The notes beneath the pieces were generated by a model, which had not been told where the DNA came from, searched no databases, and was given only the letters and a program-made list of their open reading frames with translations. A stretch of DNA of 61,125 nt, the filler included, from Sphacelaria rigidula (taxonomy: Eukaryota), in NCBI GenBank assembly GCA_964200075.2. It is 5 parts of 5 records of this genome, joined end to end, with 100 filler letters (N's around TTAATTAATTAA, not from the genome) between each part and the next. Parts side by side here need not be neighbours in the genome. Positions count along the whole stretch, not along the records: positions 48,984 to 61,125 come from CAXNAA020004084.1; 4 more parts are not named here. One strand, given 5' to 3'. This document shows, in pieces, positions 49,400-61,125 of this stretch. Within the stretch, counting starts at the first letter, position 1. Each line of letters starts with the position of its first letter. A program made the position numbers and the translations under genes.

Positions 49400-52190
49400 C
49401 CCTACCGTAGCATTGCTCAGGGGGTGAAACCAGATCCACGTTATTTTCGCGCTATCTGAGCAAGGGTTTCATATATATCGAACGGCTCACCCAAACACTC
49501 GTTCTCGAGGCAGTCGAAGGACGATTGGTTGGATAAAGCAGCAACGGCAAGAGCTACCGCGTTGGCAGCCCGGCCACCCGATGTATCATGGAGAGCATGG
49601 ACGTCATCTTCATCGGGACGTCATCACGCCCTACGCCGCCGGGAGAGCCTCGGCCTCTGATACACCCATCCACCCAGCGACGAGGAGCCTGGCGACAGTA
49701 GTAAGGGCCACAACTACGCCAGTGAGAACGACGTCCTACGCGATCTTCGCAACCACACCTCCGTACTAGCTCAAATGCCCCATGTCTTCGCCGATTATAT
49801 GTCACTGCCAGAGGGATATCAAGAAACCAAAAGATGACCGAGGTTTACGAGAGAATCAGCGCCATCAACAAGCGGGATTTGCTGCACGACGATGCCCCGC
49901 CCCGTGGAGGGACGCCGACAGCGGGAACCCCGGAGGGCGTGAACTGCCGGGGCAACCTGTGGCACCCTCACAGGACGGAGCCGACGAACTACCAGCCAAA
50001 TCATCGCTGTTCCACCATCCTCGACACTCGCTGCACGGTGATACGTGCAGATATCGCAGCGTCATCCTTCAGACAACACAACGCCAACAACCAACCAACC
50101 AATCACCAAACCACGCACCCAACCAACCAACAACAGCAACAACCCCTTCAGCGCATCTTACAGCGATCGCTGACCACAACACTCTTGCCGAGCTACGGCG
50201 ACTGGGAGTACGCCAATACACTCCCACCAGATGCCGTACACCAGACGCATGAAGCAGAACCCGTTGTGGAGTATGAGTAGTACACAGCGATCAGCCTCTC
50301 TAACTGTACGATGTGACAGAAAGCCGAAATACTCCCGAACGCGTTCGATGAACCCATTAGCCTGCCGGCAAAGGAACACTGGAAGGCGGGCTCAGACAAG
50401 ACGAATAACGTGTACACCCATGCGTCGGCTACCTCCGCCCCAGCCGGAGTCAGGGTGATCGGTTCTCGATGGGTTGACAAGAAGAAAACAGATAACTCTT
50501 ACTACAAGGGTCGAGTCGTCGTGCTGTGTTGGAGACAACCCCCCGGCGTCGACTGCGGCAGCACGTTTTCTCCATTCTGCAGGATTCGGAGCATCTCCTT
50601 GGTGTTGGAAATAGTGGCGGAATACAATCTGGTGTGCTGACAGCTGGACTGCAACACAGCATTCCTGAACGCAGAACTTGATTGAGGAGGACGTGTACGT
50701 AAAAATGGCGCCCGGGTACGACGAGTATGACGCCGACGGAATTCAGATGGTATGGCGGCTTCGCAAACGCCTTCACAACCTTTGTCAAAGCTTAAAACTG
50801 CTGGCGGGGCACGGTCGGCAAACTTGGCGGAGATCGGGTTGAAAAATCCTAGATCGGACCCCTGTATATATGTCTACCCGGAGAGCGGCCAGATCTACAT
50901 TGTAACCTTGTCCGTTGACGACGTTTTACTGCTCGGTAAAGACCAAGCGGAAGCTAATGCGACAGTTTTCGAAAACCGACGCAGGAGACGTGTCGTTGGT
51001 GCTCCGAATGGGGTTACCCGTGACCTCGAGAAGACGATTAGTATTTCCCAGGAAAGGCATACCAAGTGCCTGCTGGAGCGATCGGCATGATGAACTACAA
51101 CCCGGTGGACACTCCTGAGGCGGGAGAGATGTCACTTGATCAGCCTAAGGCAAGCTACTGAACAAGGAGGATAAGCAGCGCTGCCAGGCCACCACGGGCA
51201 GCGATATGTACCTCGCACAGTGACTCGCTATGAAAATGGATACGCCACCAATCAACTGGCGCGGGCTATGTCCAAACAACAGGGGATTATGTGAAATGAG
51301 GTTCATCAATGAAATGAGGTTTGAGGAGGCTAGCCAGTATGCGACAAACCTCGAGGGAAGTACCGTCCGCAAGTGCCTTCGATCATTTTCGGGGGGGTGG
51401 GGCGTACTCATTTGTTGCTTGCCTCAGTCGTTTGACCACTGACCACGCCCCGTCTCGAAAGGTCAATAGTCAAACGACCGAGGCAAGCAACAAATGAGAA
51501 CGCCCCACCCCCCCAAAAATGATCGAAGGCACTTGCGGACGGTACTTTCCTCGGATTTTTGTCGCATACTGACTAGCCTCCTCAAACCTCATTTCATTGA
51601 CCAACCTCGTTCTATAGAATCCCCTGTTAAACCGTCTAAGGGCACACATGCCAGCGGCCGAACACCTAACTCCGGTACGTGGTCAGGACTGCAAAATACA
51701 GCATCACCTAAAACGGGGCGGCTTTTAATTGACGGCGTTCACCGACGCAGACTGGAGTAACAACGCTGACAACGGAAAATCGACTTAATAATATCTCGTC
51801 TTTCTCTCAAATGGTTCGATCAGTTTGAAATGTGGGACTGCAAGGACTGGCGGTGCAATCGACCGTGGAGGCAGAGATCGTAGCCCCAGCACTCACCATG
51901 AAGAGGCTGCATTTTTCTCCAACATGATGCACGAGCGGGGACTTGGCACGCGCTCGATTTTGTCCGATTTTGTGCCGTCTACATCGATGACACCTCAACT
52001 ATTCATGTCGCCAACAAGGCGACCTACAGCTCGCGGGTCAAGCACGTACCTCGACGATACTTCCTAACCCACCAACTGGTCGAGGATGGAAGAATCAACA
52101 CTCGTTACGTCAAAACTAAGGTTCAACTTGCCGATGTAGGGACCAAGCACCTCGGTATGCACAGGAACCACTACCTCGTCAAGGTGATAC
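49400..52190 (+). mobile_element. Decayed Ty1/Copia LTR retrotransposon pol (integrase C-terminus, RT, RNase H)
   Basis: Frameshifted peptides in Copia order: AVEGRLVG*SSNGKSYRV...ESMDVIFI (post-integrase SH3), VIGSRWVDKKK...KGRVVV...GVDCGSTFSP, QLDCNTAFLNA, EEDVYVKMAPG, SDPCIYV...LSVDDVLL (YVDD-like), DADWSNN, QLADVGTKHL. Purine-rich GCGGGGAAGCG near 52390 may be the PPT. Confidence 0.92.
51278..51628. mobile_element. Foldback MITE inserted into the Copia pol
   Basis: About 165-bp inverted arms starting AACAGGGGAT and ending ATCCCCTGTT. AAAC is duplicated (51274-51277, 51629-51632), and removing the insert restores the Copia peptide ARAMSKPSK. Confidence 0.88.
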
Positions 52191-53069
52191 ACGGGTGGCC
52201 ACTGGGGTGCCTGCAACGTCAAATTTGGACGTCGCAGACGCTGCACAAGGTCTGTAACGTTCAAACTTGAGGTTGCAGGCACCCCAGTGGCCACCCGTGT
52301 ACCATGCGTTCAGGGCCTGACTCCAGTCTACATCTCGGACTTGTTCTTATTTCGTTTTTCTCGGCTGAGTGATGCAGACCAGACACCGTGCGGGGAAGCG
52401 TATGCTGTGTTGGGTGGTGGAAACTAGCGTGTACTCGCGTGGGGTGTACTCATGATCATGCATGCCATAGTCATCAGACCATTGACCTCGCATGTACTTG
52501 CGTTGGGAGAGGGTGTCAGGAAATTAGACTTTGGAGCTCATTTGGTCAACGTTTCGTAACGCGCTGTTTGGCGTAACATCAAAGGGCAAGTAAAATAATG
52601 CCCTTGGATAGCACTGTAGATCGCCGGAATCATATACGGTATGATTTGGGGCGTTGTGAGGAGTCGTCTACCTTTGCCACTCTCCTCTACGGACTGTTCT
52701 GCACGGTGGGTTGCTCTTTACTGTACTGTCCGCAAGCGGCACCTTCAACACCATCTTCTGTCTATACTCCTAGCACAGCGTATCTGCTCGATTGGCTTAA
52801 CTTTCACGCCAACCTTCGCCACCGTACCTAGAACCGTCTGAGGGCATGTATCAACTGGGGAGGCGCTTGTTGTGCACGAAGTTCGTGGCTTATTTCCTCT
52901 GTGGGGAAACCAGCAGCGACTACATAGGATTTGGTGTAAACGTTTTACAGAAGTCACAAAATGTGAACAGTCTCTCATATTTTGATATTTTTAGGCTCAA
53001 GTTCCAAAGTACCAAGTTACCAAATGATGATTCCACCTATCGCGAGGCTGGTGTGAAGCAGATCAGCAG

Positions 53070-54944
53070 CTAGCGGCGCTGTATTCGCGGGTGCTCTTGT
53101 CCGTCCCGGGCGAGTCAGCCAGCTTCACAGAAGAAATCCTGTACTGGCTCCTTGTAATCTTGGGGACGTTGCTCACAGGAAATCAGGAAGGATATGCATA
53201 CATGGTCACGATCCGAGTTACGTGGGTTGGTCTTGGTTGCAGCATCACGAACAGAAGCCTGGCGATTTGTGTAGGATGGGATGGACTCAGGAGAACAACG
53301 TCGATTTGCACATTACTTGAAAATGACTGGCACAAAACGTTGCCACGTCGTTACTCTGTCCAGTTGTTGTTGTTGTTGTCGTTGTTGTTGTTGTCGTTGT
53401 TGTTGTTGTTGCTGTTGCTGTTACTGTTGTTAATGTTTATGATGTTGGTGCTGCTGCTGCCATTATTATTGGCGTTGTACTTTGTACTCACTCGCATTTC
53501 TAGATTCCGGTCAAACACACATCCTACGTACACTACTGTTACTTGGCTCAACCATACCACCACCAACATCAACACCACCGCCAACACTACCGCTACCAAC
53601 TCTATCACCACCTCCCGTACCGAGGTTAACTTCGGTGCCTGTTCCACCTCTAGTCCCCTCGCCAGCACCGTAGACGGCGGGGGAGACACGCGCCATATCT
53701 TGAAGCAAATCACAAAGAGATCGCGTATCGTTCTGCTCGCCAGCGTGACCATTCTTGCCATGGATGGCTGACTTCCCGGCAGCGGTACACTTGGGTCGAG
53801 GGCCGACAGCAGGATAATACTCCGCCGAACTCAACAAAGCGTCCAGCGTGAGGGGATCCGACCCGCCGCCACCCATGGAAGTCCGCAAAAGTCCTCGGGG
53901 GATTGCAGTCCGCGACACGTCCTCCGCTTGTGAACTTTGCAAATATACCCCTGCCGGGCGGGACGTTTGTGAAAAACCACCCGCCACCGAACTTCGGGGT
54001 AATGTCCCCGTCGATGAGGTTTTCAGAAAATATCCCGACCCCGAATTGTGCGATGAATCCCCCGCCGCCAAAGTTAACGGAGATTGTTGCCCCGGGGCGG
54101 AATTTTGCCACTTCTCTCCACCAGCCGAAGTTTTCAATATTTCTCCCGCCGCTGCTGCTGAGGGTTTGAATAAGTCTCCCGTCGTCAAATTTCGCATCCA
54201 AACACCCGCCTTCGGAGTCCGCAACATTTCCCTCGCCGTCGTGCGCATGTCCCGGGCACTAAAATTGGCACCACCAACATTATCATTGTTATCACGTATG
54301 CCCTGCTGGATATCGCTCCTGCCAACCCGCGGTCGATCGAAAAATGTTTCCCACAGCGGGGGAGCAACTGCTACGCCTGAATAGAGCAATCTGCTGCTAA
54401 TGTCGTTGTGACGATGATCATCATCGGAGGGGCGTGAATAATACGTGGAATATTGTACGTCCGCCCAGGTTGGGGTTGCATGATGCGGTCTGTTCCCTGG
54501 TGGTGGGGGTGGTTGTACTAGTGTTTTGAGTGTATCGCTCCGCAGGAGAAGAGAAGAACCGCCTTCGCGCGTATCATCACCATCTTGATGGCCGCCATGA
54601 CACCCAGAGGTACCTGCGCTATTCCTGCGTCTTACACTAGTGCTGCATTGACTTCTCCCGCCCCGCGTCACATTACCATACCGCCCGTCGCCCCCGCCTT
54701 CGTCACTACCATCACCATCACCATGACCTTTTGAACTCTGGGAAGTGGCACAACTTTCGTAGCGGGGAGTGTTTGCGTCATCACCAACGTCACCAGAAGC
54801 GTCAGCAGCGGTGTCAGCAGCAGCGTCAGCGGCAGCAAGACTAGAGTTATCATCGCCCCGGGTGGCACGGTCACGGCTGCCATCGTCTTCGCCGGCTTTT
54901 GCAAATTGCCGTTGGAGTTTATCTTGAAGGCTGGCAATTTTGGT
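53070..54944 (-). CDS. Low-complexity Gly/Ser/Asp-rich hypothetical protein, 3' exons
   Basis: Open frame of 471 codons from acceptor ctag|ACC at 54944 (TKIASLQDKLQRQFAKAG...) to donor |gtacgt at 53532. Candidate terminal exon from about 53158 to 53070. Candidate upstream coiled-coil exon 57689-57591 (VSDEVSRLRTTVAALE). No recognisable domain. Confidence 0.6.
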
Positions 54945-56830
54945 CTAGGTCGCCCGGCAGAGATGAGATATCGGGAAGAGGAGGGAGAGGGAGGGAGGGG
55001 GGACGGCGATCGGACACTCCAACATTTTGAATTTCATATGTATGCACGATGAGCGTTCTTGGTCGCACGAGCTTTACTGCTGGGACTTCAAGTATTTTCC
55101 TCCATATGACGGCGATTCTAACTCGGATTCCATTGACTACTCCCGTGCCCTCTTCCTGCAAAGGCGGTGATACCATTTTTGTTCCTGATTTAATCACGTC
55201 TGTCTCGTGAGGAAATGGAATCGGTTGGTACGCACACACACATCGCGTTTCTTTGGACCGGGCCTCGGAAGCCTCGGAAACCTCGGCATAGTTCACAAGC
55301 GCTCCACCGGCAGCATGTACGAGGATCGCTACAGCATGTGCTTGTATTTTGGGGATGTATCTCCCATGAGTCGATGAGAACGAGAAACAAAAGGAGAGTA
55401 GGTGAACTTCACCACCAACATTGAACACCAACATTAAACATACACATGATCCTTGGAGGTATCATCCGGGTACCGCCTGACACTGCAGCAACACAACTAC
55501 CGGCTACCACTAGCATACACCCATTTCATGCCGACTCGAATTGACGCATTATTCAGTTGCATACCCCTGGCGTGATTACCCCTTGCCTACCCTCGGGACA
55601 GGGATCAGGGGGGAACGTTTAAGATGGCACTTGTTTCATGAACTGTCGCGATTCTTATCCTCTTTATTGATTGGCTCTTGGGATCCTTACTAAAGCAGGG
55701 TTCATACATTGAAAACTTAAGTCACAAACGTTCGCATCCAATACGTGAATAATGACCAAGGGTGCCTTCACTTCAACGTACGGATATATTTGCAGTTGAG
55801 ATCCGACATCTTCGCAATTAACGCCGTGACCGCAATCTTTATAGGGGCGGATCTTTGCGCAGGGATAGATAGTAAATGGAACCAGGTGACACCAGCAGAA
55901 TACAGCAAAGGACAGGACATGTCTACAGTCAAGACGATAGTCCCTACAGAGTCAAAACTGTAAATTTTGTTCACTACGTGTCTCGTGTCTCAGACAGGGG
56001 TTGACTGCTGTTCACCACCTCGTTTATATTCAGGAAATAGTGCAGCTCCTGATCTCAAGAAAAGAGCGAGGATGGCGTGGGAAAAGTGATGCAAGCACAA
56101 ATGGGAGATTTTCAAGAAACATCTCACTAGAGTACAGTCGAGTAGACATTGTCGGATCGAGTTTATATGTAGCTGCAGAAAATATGTCTTGACTCTTCAA
56201 GCGCCCAGAGTGGCAACCATGTTTCGAAATCATTCATCATGTGAAGATGAGGTTGATCAAGCCGACGGACATGTGTAAGGCGTCTTACAAGTGAAAACGC
56301 GTCTTACGAGTGAAAACGGATGACATGCTTGTAGGAGAAACATATCGGTAGTTGTAGACGTGGTGTCCAGGGGGAATGTCGCGGAAATTACACTTCTTTG
56401 TAGCGTTGAAGTTTTATGCGTCGGTTCATTGACGTAAATACGGGAAATGAAATAAACAAGCGGAAGTGCTACAACGCCCCTAGAAGATCGTGTGCTTCTA
56501 TCATGCACATACAACTGAGAGATGCAAACATAAGCAGAGTTGCGTATCGACACCAATTCTTTATCGAGGAAGCGAACCGCCACAATAAATTAAACAAACT
56601 TGGTAACTAGCACCTGTTCAAGTAGTTTGCCGTTGCCGGCTGTAGTAGTAAGACATACGCATAGGTGTAGGTCGATATACAATGTTCACTATCTAACTAC
56701 GTTCGGGCTTGGACTCCCGCCTGGTGCCGATATTTTCGCGGCATTTCAGCGTATCGGCTACGAAGATCTGCCGTCACATATAGATCAGAACGAAACCCAA
56801 CCCTGTGTGTGATTTTCCGCCACACTTTTT

Positions 56831-57126
56831 ACCCTTTCTTCTCTCGGGACGAGTCCGTGGTATCAAGGGATCAACCCATCTCTCCCTTGGTACATGCCTT
56901 GCAATTCGGTGTAGCGGATGGAACCGGCACTACTTTCGCATCACGTGAACTATCGTCTACCAAACTCAGCTAGACATATTTTGCTATCCACGTCCTCACG
57001 CTATCGACAACGGAAATCAGCTACTGCGACAAAAAAAACAAATGCAGCTTGGCGGGGATCGAACTCGCGTTTTTTCCACCCCACCCTAATGGTGATAGTT
57101 GGACCATTAGACCACCGCGGCGCGGC
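56831..57126 (-). mobile_element. SINE family B (tRNA-derived)
   Basis: Minus-strand head GCCGCGGTGGTCTAATGG (A box) ... GAGTTCGATCCCCGCC (B box), followed by the family-B body. Confidence 0.75.
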
Positions 57127-58608
57127 ATCTAGAGCCGAAAAAATGCAAATTCGAGAGCGCACAATAGAAGGGTCCCGCCCTTCCGAGTTCTGGTGCCTAC
57201 AGAGTGAAGGTGGGGAAGCGGCATACGGTACCGCCGCTCCATGGTACTTGAACTGGTGCATCAACGCTACCATGGGTTGGACCGATGTTGTGGGGTTTGA
57301 ATCCCGATAGTAGCGGAAGTTTCATTGTCTTCCTTCCCGCTGTCGGAAGACTTGAGATGAGACGTGAAGTCGGCGGGAATGAAACGGCTGAGCGAAGTGA
57401 TAAACGTTGATCGGATGCCGGGAGGGTGTTGATCCAATGCTGGATAAAAGGGGGTCGGCTAGAAACAAGTTGGAGAAGATGTATTTCTTCCTTTTAGGGT
57501 ACAAGTCGTCACAAAGAATTGGAGGGAACTAAGGGATATACGCAAAGTGCAGCAGAAGAAGACTAAGATGACTTCATGTGAGGCATTCACCTCTAATGCC
57601 GCCACCGTAGTTCTTAGCCTCGAAACCTCATCTGATACCGCGGCCGCGGCGGTGTTGCTGCTTCGGTCATGCTCCACTTTCGCCCACACCTGTCAAACGG
57701 GGAAGGGGGGTCAACAACGCCTTTGTTCCGTTGGAAGAGGTCAAGAGACCAATTTCGGCTCACCGACCGTCTCGGTGTCAGTTGTTACTCCCCCCCTGAA
57801 TACGTTACGGCTCGTTTCATCATATCGGTGAATGGCACAGTAGCTCGTCAGGTGCCGAGGTGATCGGGAAAGCATTTTTAGTACGAAGTATTTCAAACGA
57901 GCACGTCGGGCGTCTCGCCGCCTTGATCACAAACCAAAACGATATCGCCTGTACGTCTCAAGCGATCCAAGCGCAGATCTGGACCCGGACTTGCGCGTAC
58001 ATCTCACGGCTATTCGGGTATATGCGAGGGCAGGATAAGTACAATGAATGCTCTAGCAGCCATCGTAGCTGTCGTGGAGGGATCGGCATGGTCACGCTCG
58101 ATGTGTGGCTGCAGTAAAACGGATATGTGCTGGTCTGCTAAAACAGCGGTAACTGACTGCCTCTACCGTGTCGTGTACTGCAGTTTCAACGGTGTCTTGG
58201 GTAGGGTATACCCGATACCCGGGTATTTTGAAAAGTTGAGCTCTTTTTCTCATATATTGAATATCGGGCACAGTTTTGAGATCGTATCCAATTAACCCAC
58301 ATTTAGGGTAGAGTATTGAGTTATATACTCAACTTTACTCAATATATGAGTGCCGTATTAAGTCATGCCCAAGTGATATTATATACCCGGGCATTGCCGA
58401 GAGCACTTGCTCAATGTTTGGGTAGAGTATTGAGCTTGTACCCACATTACCCGAATGGGTCGAGTGTTGAGATCATAGTTTGTTCTACCCAATTTTGGGG
58501 TAGAGTATTGAGGTCATACCCAAGTGATACTCTTTACCCGGGTATTGCTGAGGGTACTTACTCGATGTCTGGGTAAGATATGGAGACGATACCCAATTCT
58601 AGTTGCCG

Positions 58609-58977
58609 GTCGCCCCGGTGGCTCAGTTGGTAACCTTGAAACCTTCTGGCGGTTGGGTCGTGGGTTCGAACCGCGGTGAAGTCACACGATCTAGGATTGT
58701 TTCTCACAACCATGCCCAACAGTGGAGAGCGACCACGTCGTGGGTACGCAAAATTCGACTTAACGGTCGACGAGTGAAAGGGACCGCTGAACCCCTCTCG
58801 CAATGAACAACAAGGCGAGCTCCGCATTAGGCAGGCGGCGAACTAAAACAACAACAAAAAGAGAAAAAATCCTGTGTTGGCCTTCCTGCTGTGTAACCCC
58901 GGCTGATACGCCCACATATACCAAACGGTGATAACTGGCGTCCAGAATATATGATATGACAGTACACACAACACACA
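58609..58977 (+). mobile_element. SINE family A, full length
   Basis: A box TGGCTCAGTTGG, B box GGTTCGAACC, about 280-bp non-tRNA body, CA tail. Confidence 0.82.
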
Positions 58978-59061
58978 GAGTCACCCAGGGGTCTGAAATT
59001 GTTCGACACCTGATGATACCTTAGACATTTTTGCAATAGTTTGTCTTACTCACACCTTCGA

Positions 59062-59429
59062 GTCGCCCCGGTGGCTCAGTTGGCATCCTCGACACCTTCT
59101 GACGGTTGGATCGAGGGTTCGAATCTCGGTGCCGTCACACGATCCGGGATATATTCTCGCACCATGCCCAACAGTGGAAATCGACTATGTCGTGGGTACA
59201 CAACGTTCGACTAAACGTTCGACGAAGTAAAGGGACTGCTGAACGCCCTCGCGTTAAAAAATAAGGCAATTACCGCAAAAGGAAGGTAGAGTACTGAAGC
59301 AAAAGGAAAAAAAAGTACTCCTGCGGTGGCCGTCATCCTGTGTGATCCCTGTTGATTCGCCCACATCTGCCGAAAGTTGTAGACTGGTATCCGGAATACA
59401 TGGGTAGGCAACACGCACACACAGCACAC
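59062..59429 (+). mobile_element. SINE family A, full length
   Basis: A box TGGCTCAGTTGG, B box GGTTCGAATC, same body and CA tail, diverged from the 58609 copy. Confidence 0.82.
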
Positions 59430-60674
59430 CCAAACCTCGGGTAGACTATTGAGGTCACACACAAGTGAAACCCCATACCCCGGTATTGCTGAGGGCTTAC
59501 CCAATATTCGGGTAGAGTATTGAGATCATGCCTAGATCTACCCAACCTTCAGGTAGAGTATTTGACGTCGTACCCAATCTACCCAAAACCTGGGTACAAT
59601 GAATACCCGAGTATTATACCCGGGTATTCAAGAGTACGTACCCTACCCAACACACCTCTGTGCAGTTTGCACTGCATCGTCGAGTGTTGTGTAACATAGC
59701 AAGCACTTGGTATGCCACACATGATTTATCTTCTTTCCACCTGATTTCCTTCTCGCCCCCCGCAATTGACGCCCCGCCACGAGTGAAAGGACTCCTGACA
59801 CTGAGCAGGAAATCTGTCAGCAGCAATAGTTATGCGCCGATTCGAGCGCAAGCTACCGTGAATAAGAGTAACGCGTGTACTGAGTGAAGTATGACCGTTC
59901 TGTAGTAATACTTCACTGAAGATATGTTGGCAGAACTGCGTGCACGAAACGTCTCTCTCCCCCGATTCCTTTGGTCACGCGCAGTTTACCCAGACTCTGC
60001 AAGGCAGGAGGGCAGCCTCCACACCGCGCAGCGCTGCTGCTTGCAGCGTCAACTGCTACATGTTTTCTGTGCGGTGAACTACTGTCAAGGTCAAAACGGT
60101 ATTGCATATGTGGTGCGGGAATATTGAACCTCGAAACCATGATGTTCCGGAATGCTTCGGCATCATGGTCACAGGCATTGGGAAAAAAGCCTTCCAAGTA
60201 TGAAAACTCCGGGATATGACTAGCAATCCAACGAGCCTATGACTCTCGGCGTGTTCGGCGTGGTTATCAAGATTTGGAGCGTTCTATTCCGCGACGTACC
60301 GCAGGCAGCGACGGTGATGAGGTTATCATGGACCACTTAGGTCGATCCCGCTTACACAAGCGGAGGCGATTGCAAGGTCTGAGTTGAAGCTCTCCAACGA
60401 GTGTCTCAATGCCGCGGTAAATCCGTGTGTCCGGGAAAGATCTTGATGAACAGTGGAAAAATTATAGTATTTCGGCTGTTGCCGACATATTGCGTGAAAA
60501 TCGAATAACGGCGGATCAGAGAAACGGACGCACGCAGCTTTCGAAAGAATAGATACCGCGATCGTTCCGGACCTTTGCCCCCGCTCCGTAGGCGCTTTCA
60601 TGATTTTCGTGCGCTATAGTATTAGGCCATTTCAACTGTTGTGGACGAAAATCACAGGGGAAACGGAAACATTG

Positions 60675-60883
60675 CAAGGGCAGGTCGAGTAGAGTATGCT
60701 CAATTGCGGGATATTTTGAAAGACGTACTTGGGGTACTCAAGTTAGGGTAGATTGAGTGTTGGGAGTCGTACCCAAAATATAGCTGGGAAACGATCCCTG
60801 AAACCCTACCCTCAATGTGTGTACTCGAAGTACGACTTTCAAAATACCCCGCAATTGAGTACACTCTACTCGACCTACCCTTG
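60675..60883. mobile_element. hAT-like MITE
   Basis: About 55-bp inverted arms CAAGGGCAGGTCGAGTAGAGT... / ...ACTCTACTCGACCTACCCTTG. Identical 8-bp TSD AAACATTG (60667-60674, 60884-60891). Confidence 0.88.
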
Positions 60884-61125
60884 AAACATTGATCCCGTCT
60901 AAATTATTCGACCAAATGGTTGCGGCACCCTGCAGCGGCTGCTTCTAACAAGGCTCCACCTCTGTGACTCCTTCTGGCATGCCTTAACGTCACCCGAGTG
61001 TGCGGATAACCAGGATCCCTACTACAGGGAACAAATAATGACCAACGGCAGAAGTTCCAAGGGTCGGACAAAGAATGATCCGTCTGGAAATTACTTGGTT
61101 TTAGTATAATGAGTCGACTCGTGAC

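Larger units (their letters stand above)
58187..59660. mobile_element. Non-autonomous hAT-like element carrying two nested SINEs
   Basis: Imperfect TIR CAACGGTGTCTTGGGTAGGGTA / TACCCTACCCAACACACCTCTG. Identical 8-bp TSD TGCAGTTT (58179-58186, 59661-59668). Interior has repeated GGGTAGAGTATTGAG and TACCCGGGTA motifs. Confidence 0.88.

Noticed and set aside
53091..53771. 226-aa plus-strand ORF with poly-Leu
   Set aside because: Created by a TTG-type repeat and antisense to the better-supported minus-strand exon.
58609..58690. tRNA gene (also 12078, 59062, 23441, 57050-57126)
   Set aside because: A and B boxes are present, but I could not fold a clean cloverleaf, and the heads run into a shared non-tRNA body and tail, so these are SINE heads.

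Overview
Repeat-rich, intron-rich eukaryotic DNA; long GT-AG introns and the gene content suggest a stramenopile, probably a brown alga (inference). The window is not one locus. It is five contigs of 12147, 12146, 12146, 12144 and 12142 bp joined by identical 100-bp spacers (44 N + TTAATTAATTAA + 44 N), which looks like size-sorted unplaced contigs, so no adjacency across a gap should be trusted. Contig 1 has candidate choline/ethanolamine kinase-like exons and a PSI-domain exon. Contig 2 has an enkurin-domain (ENKD1-like) gene. Contig 3 has the 5' exons of a probable ATM/Tel1 kinase, divergent from a large protein with [CA]TFxP repeats. Contig 4 has a bulb-lectin-like gene. Contig 5 has a decayed Ty1/Copia pol and a low-complexity gene. 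Non-autonomous mobile elements are abundant: hAT-like elements with 8-bp TSDs, a piggyBac-like element with TTAA TSDs, foldback MITEs, two tRNA-derived SINE families and Helitron-like 3' ends. All calls come from manual reading without database searches. I see no convincing novel multi-gene system; the findings are modest structural observations.
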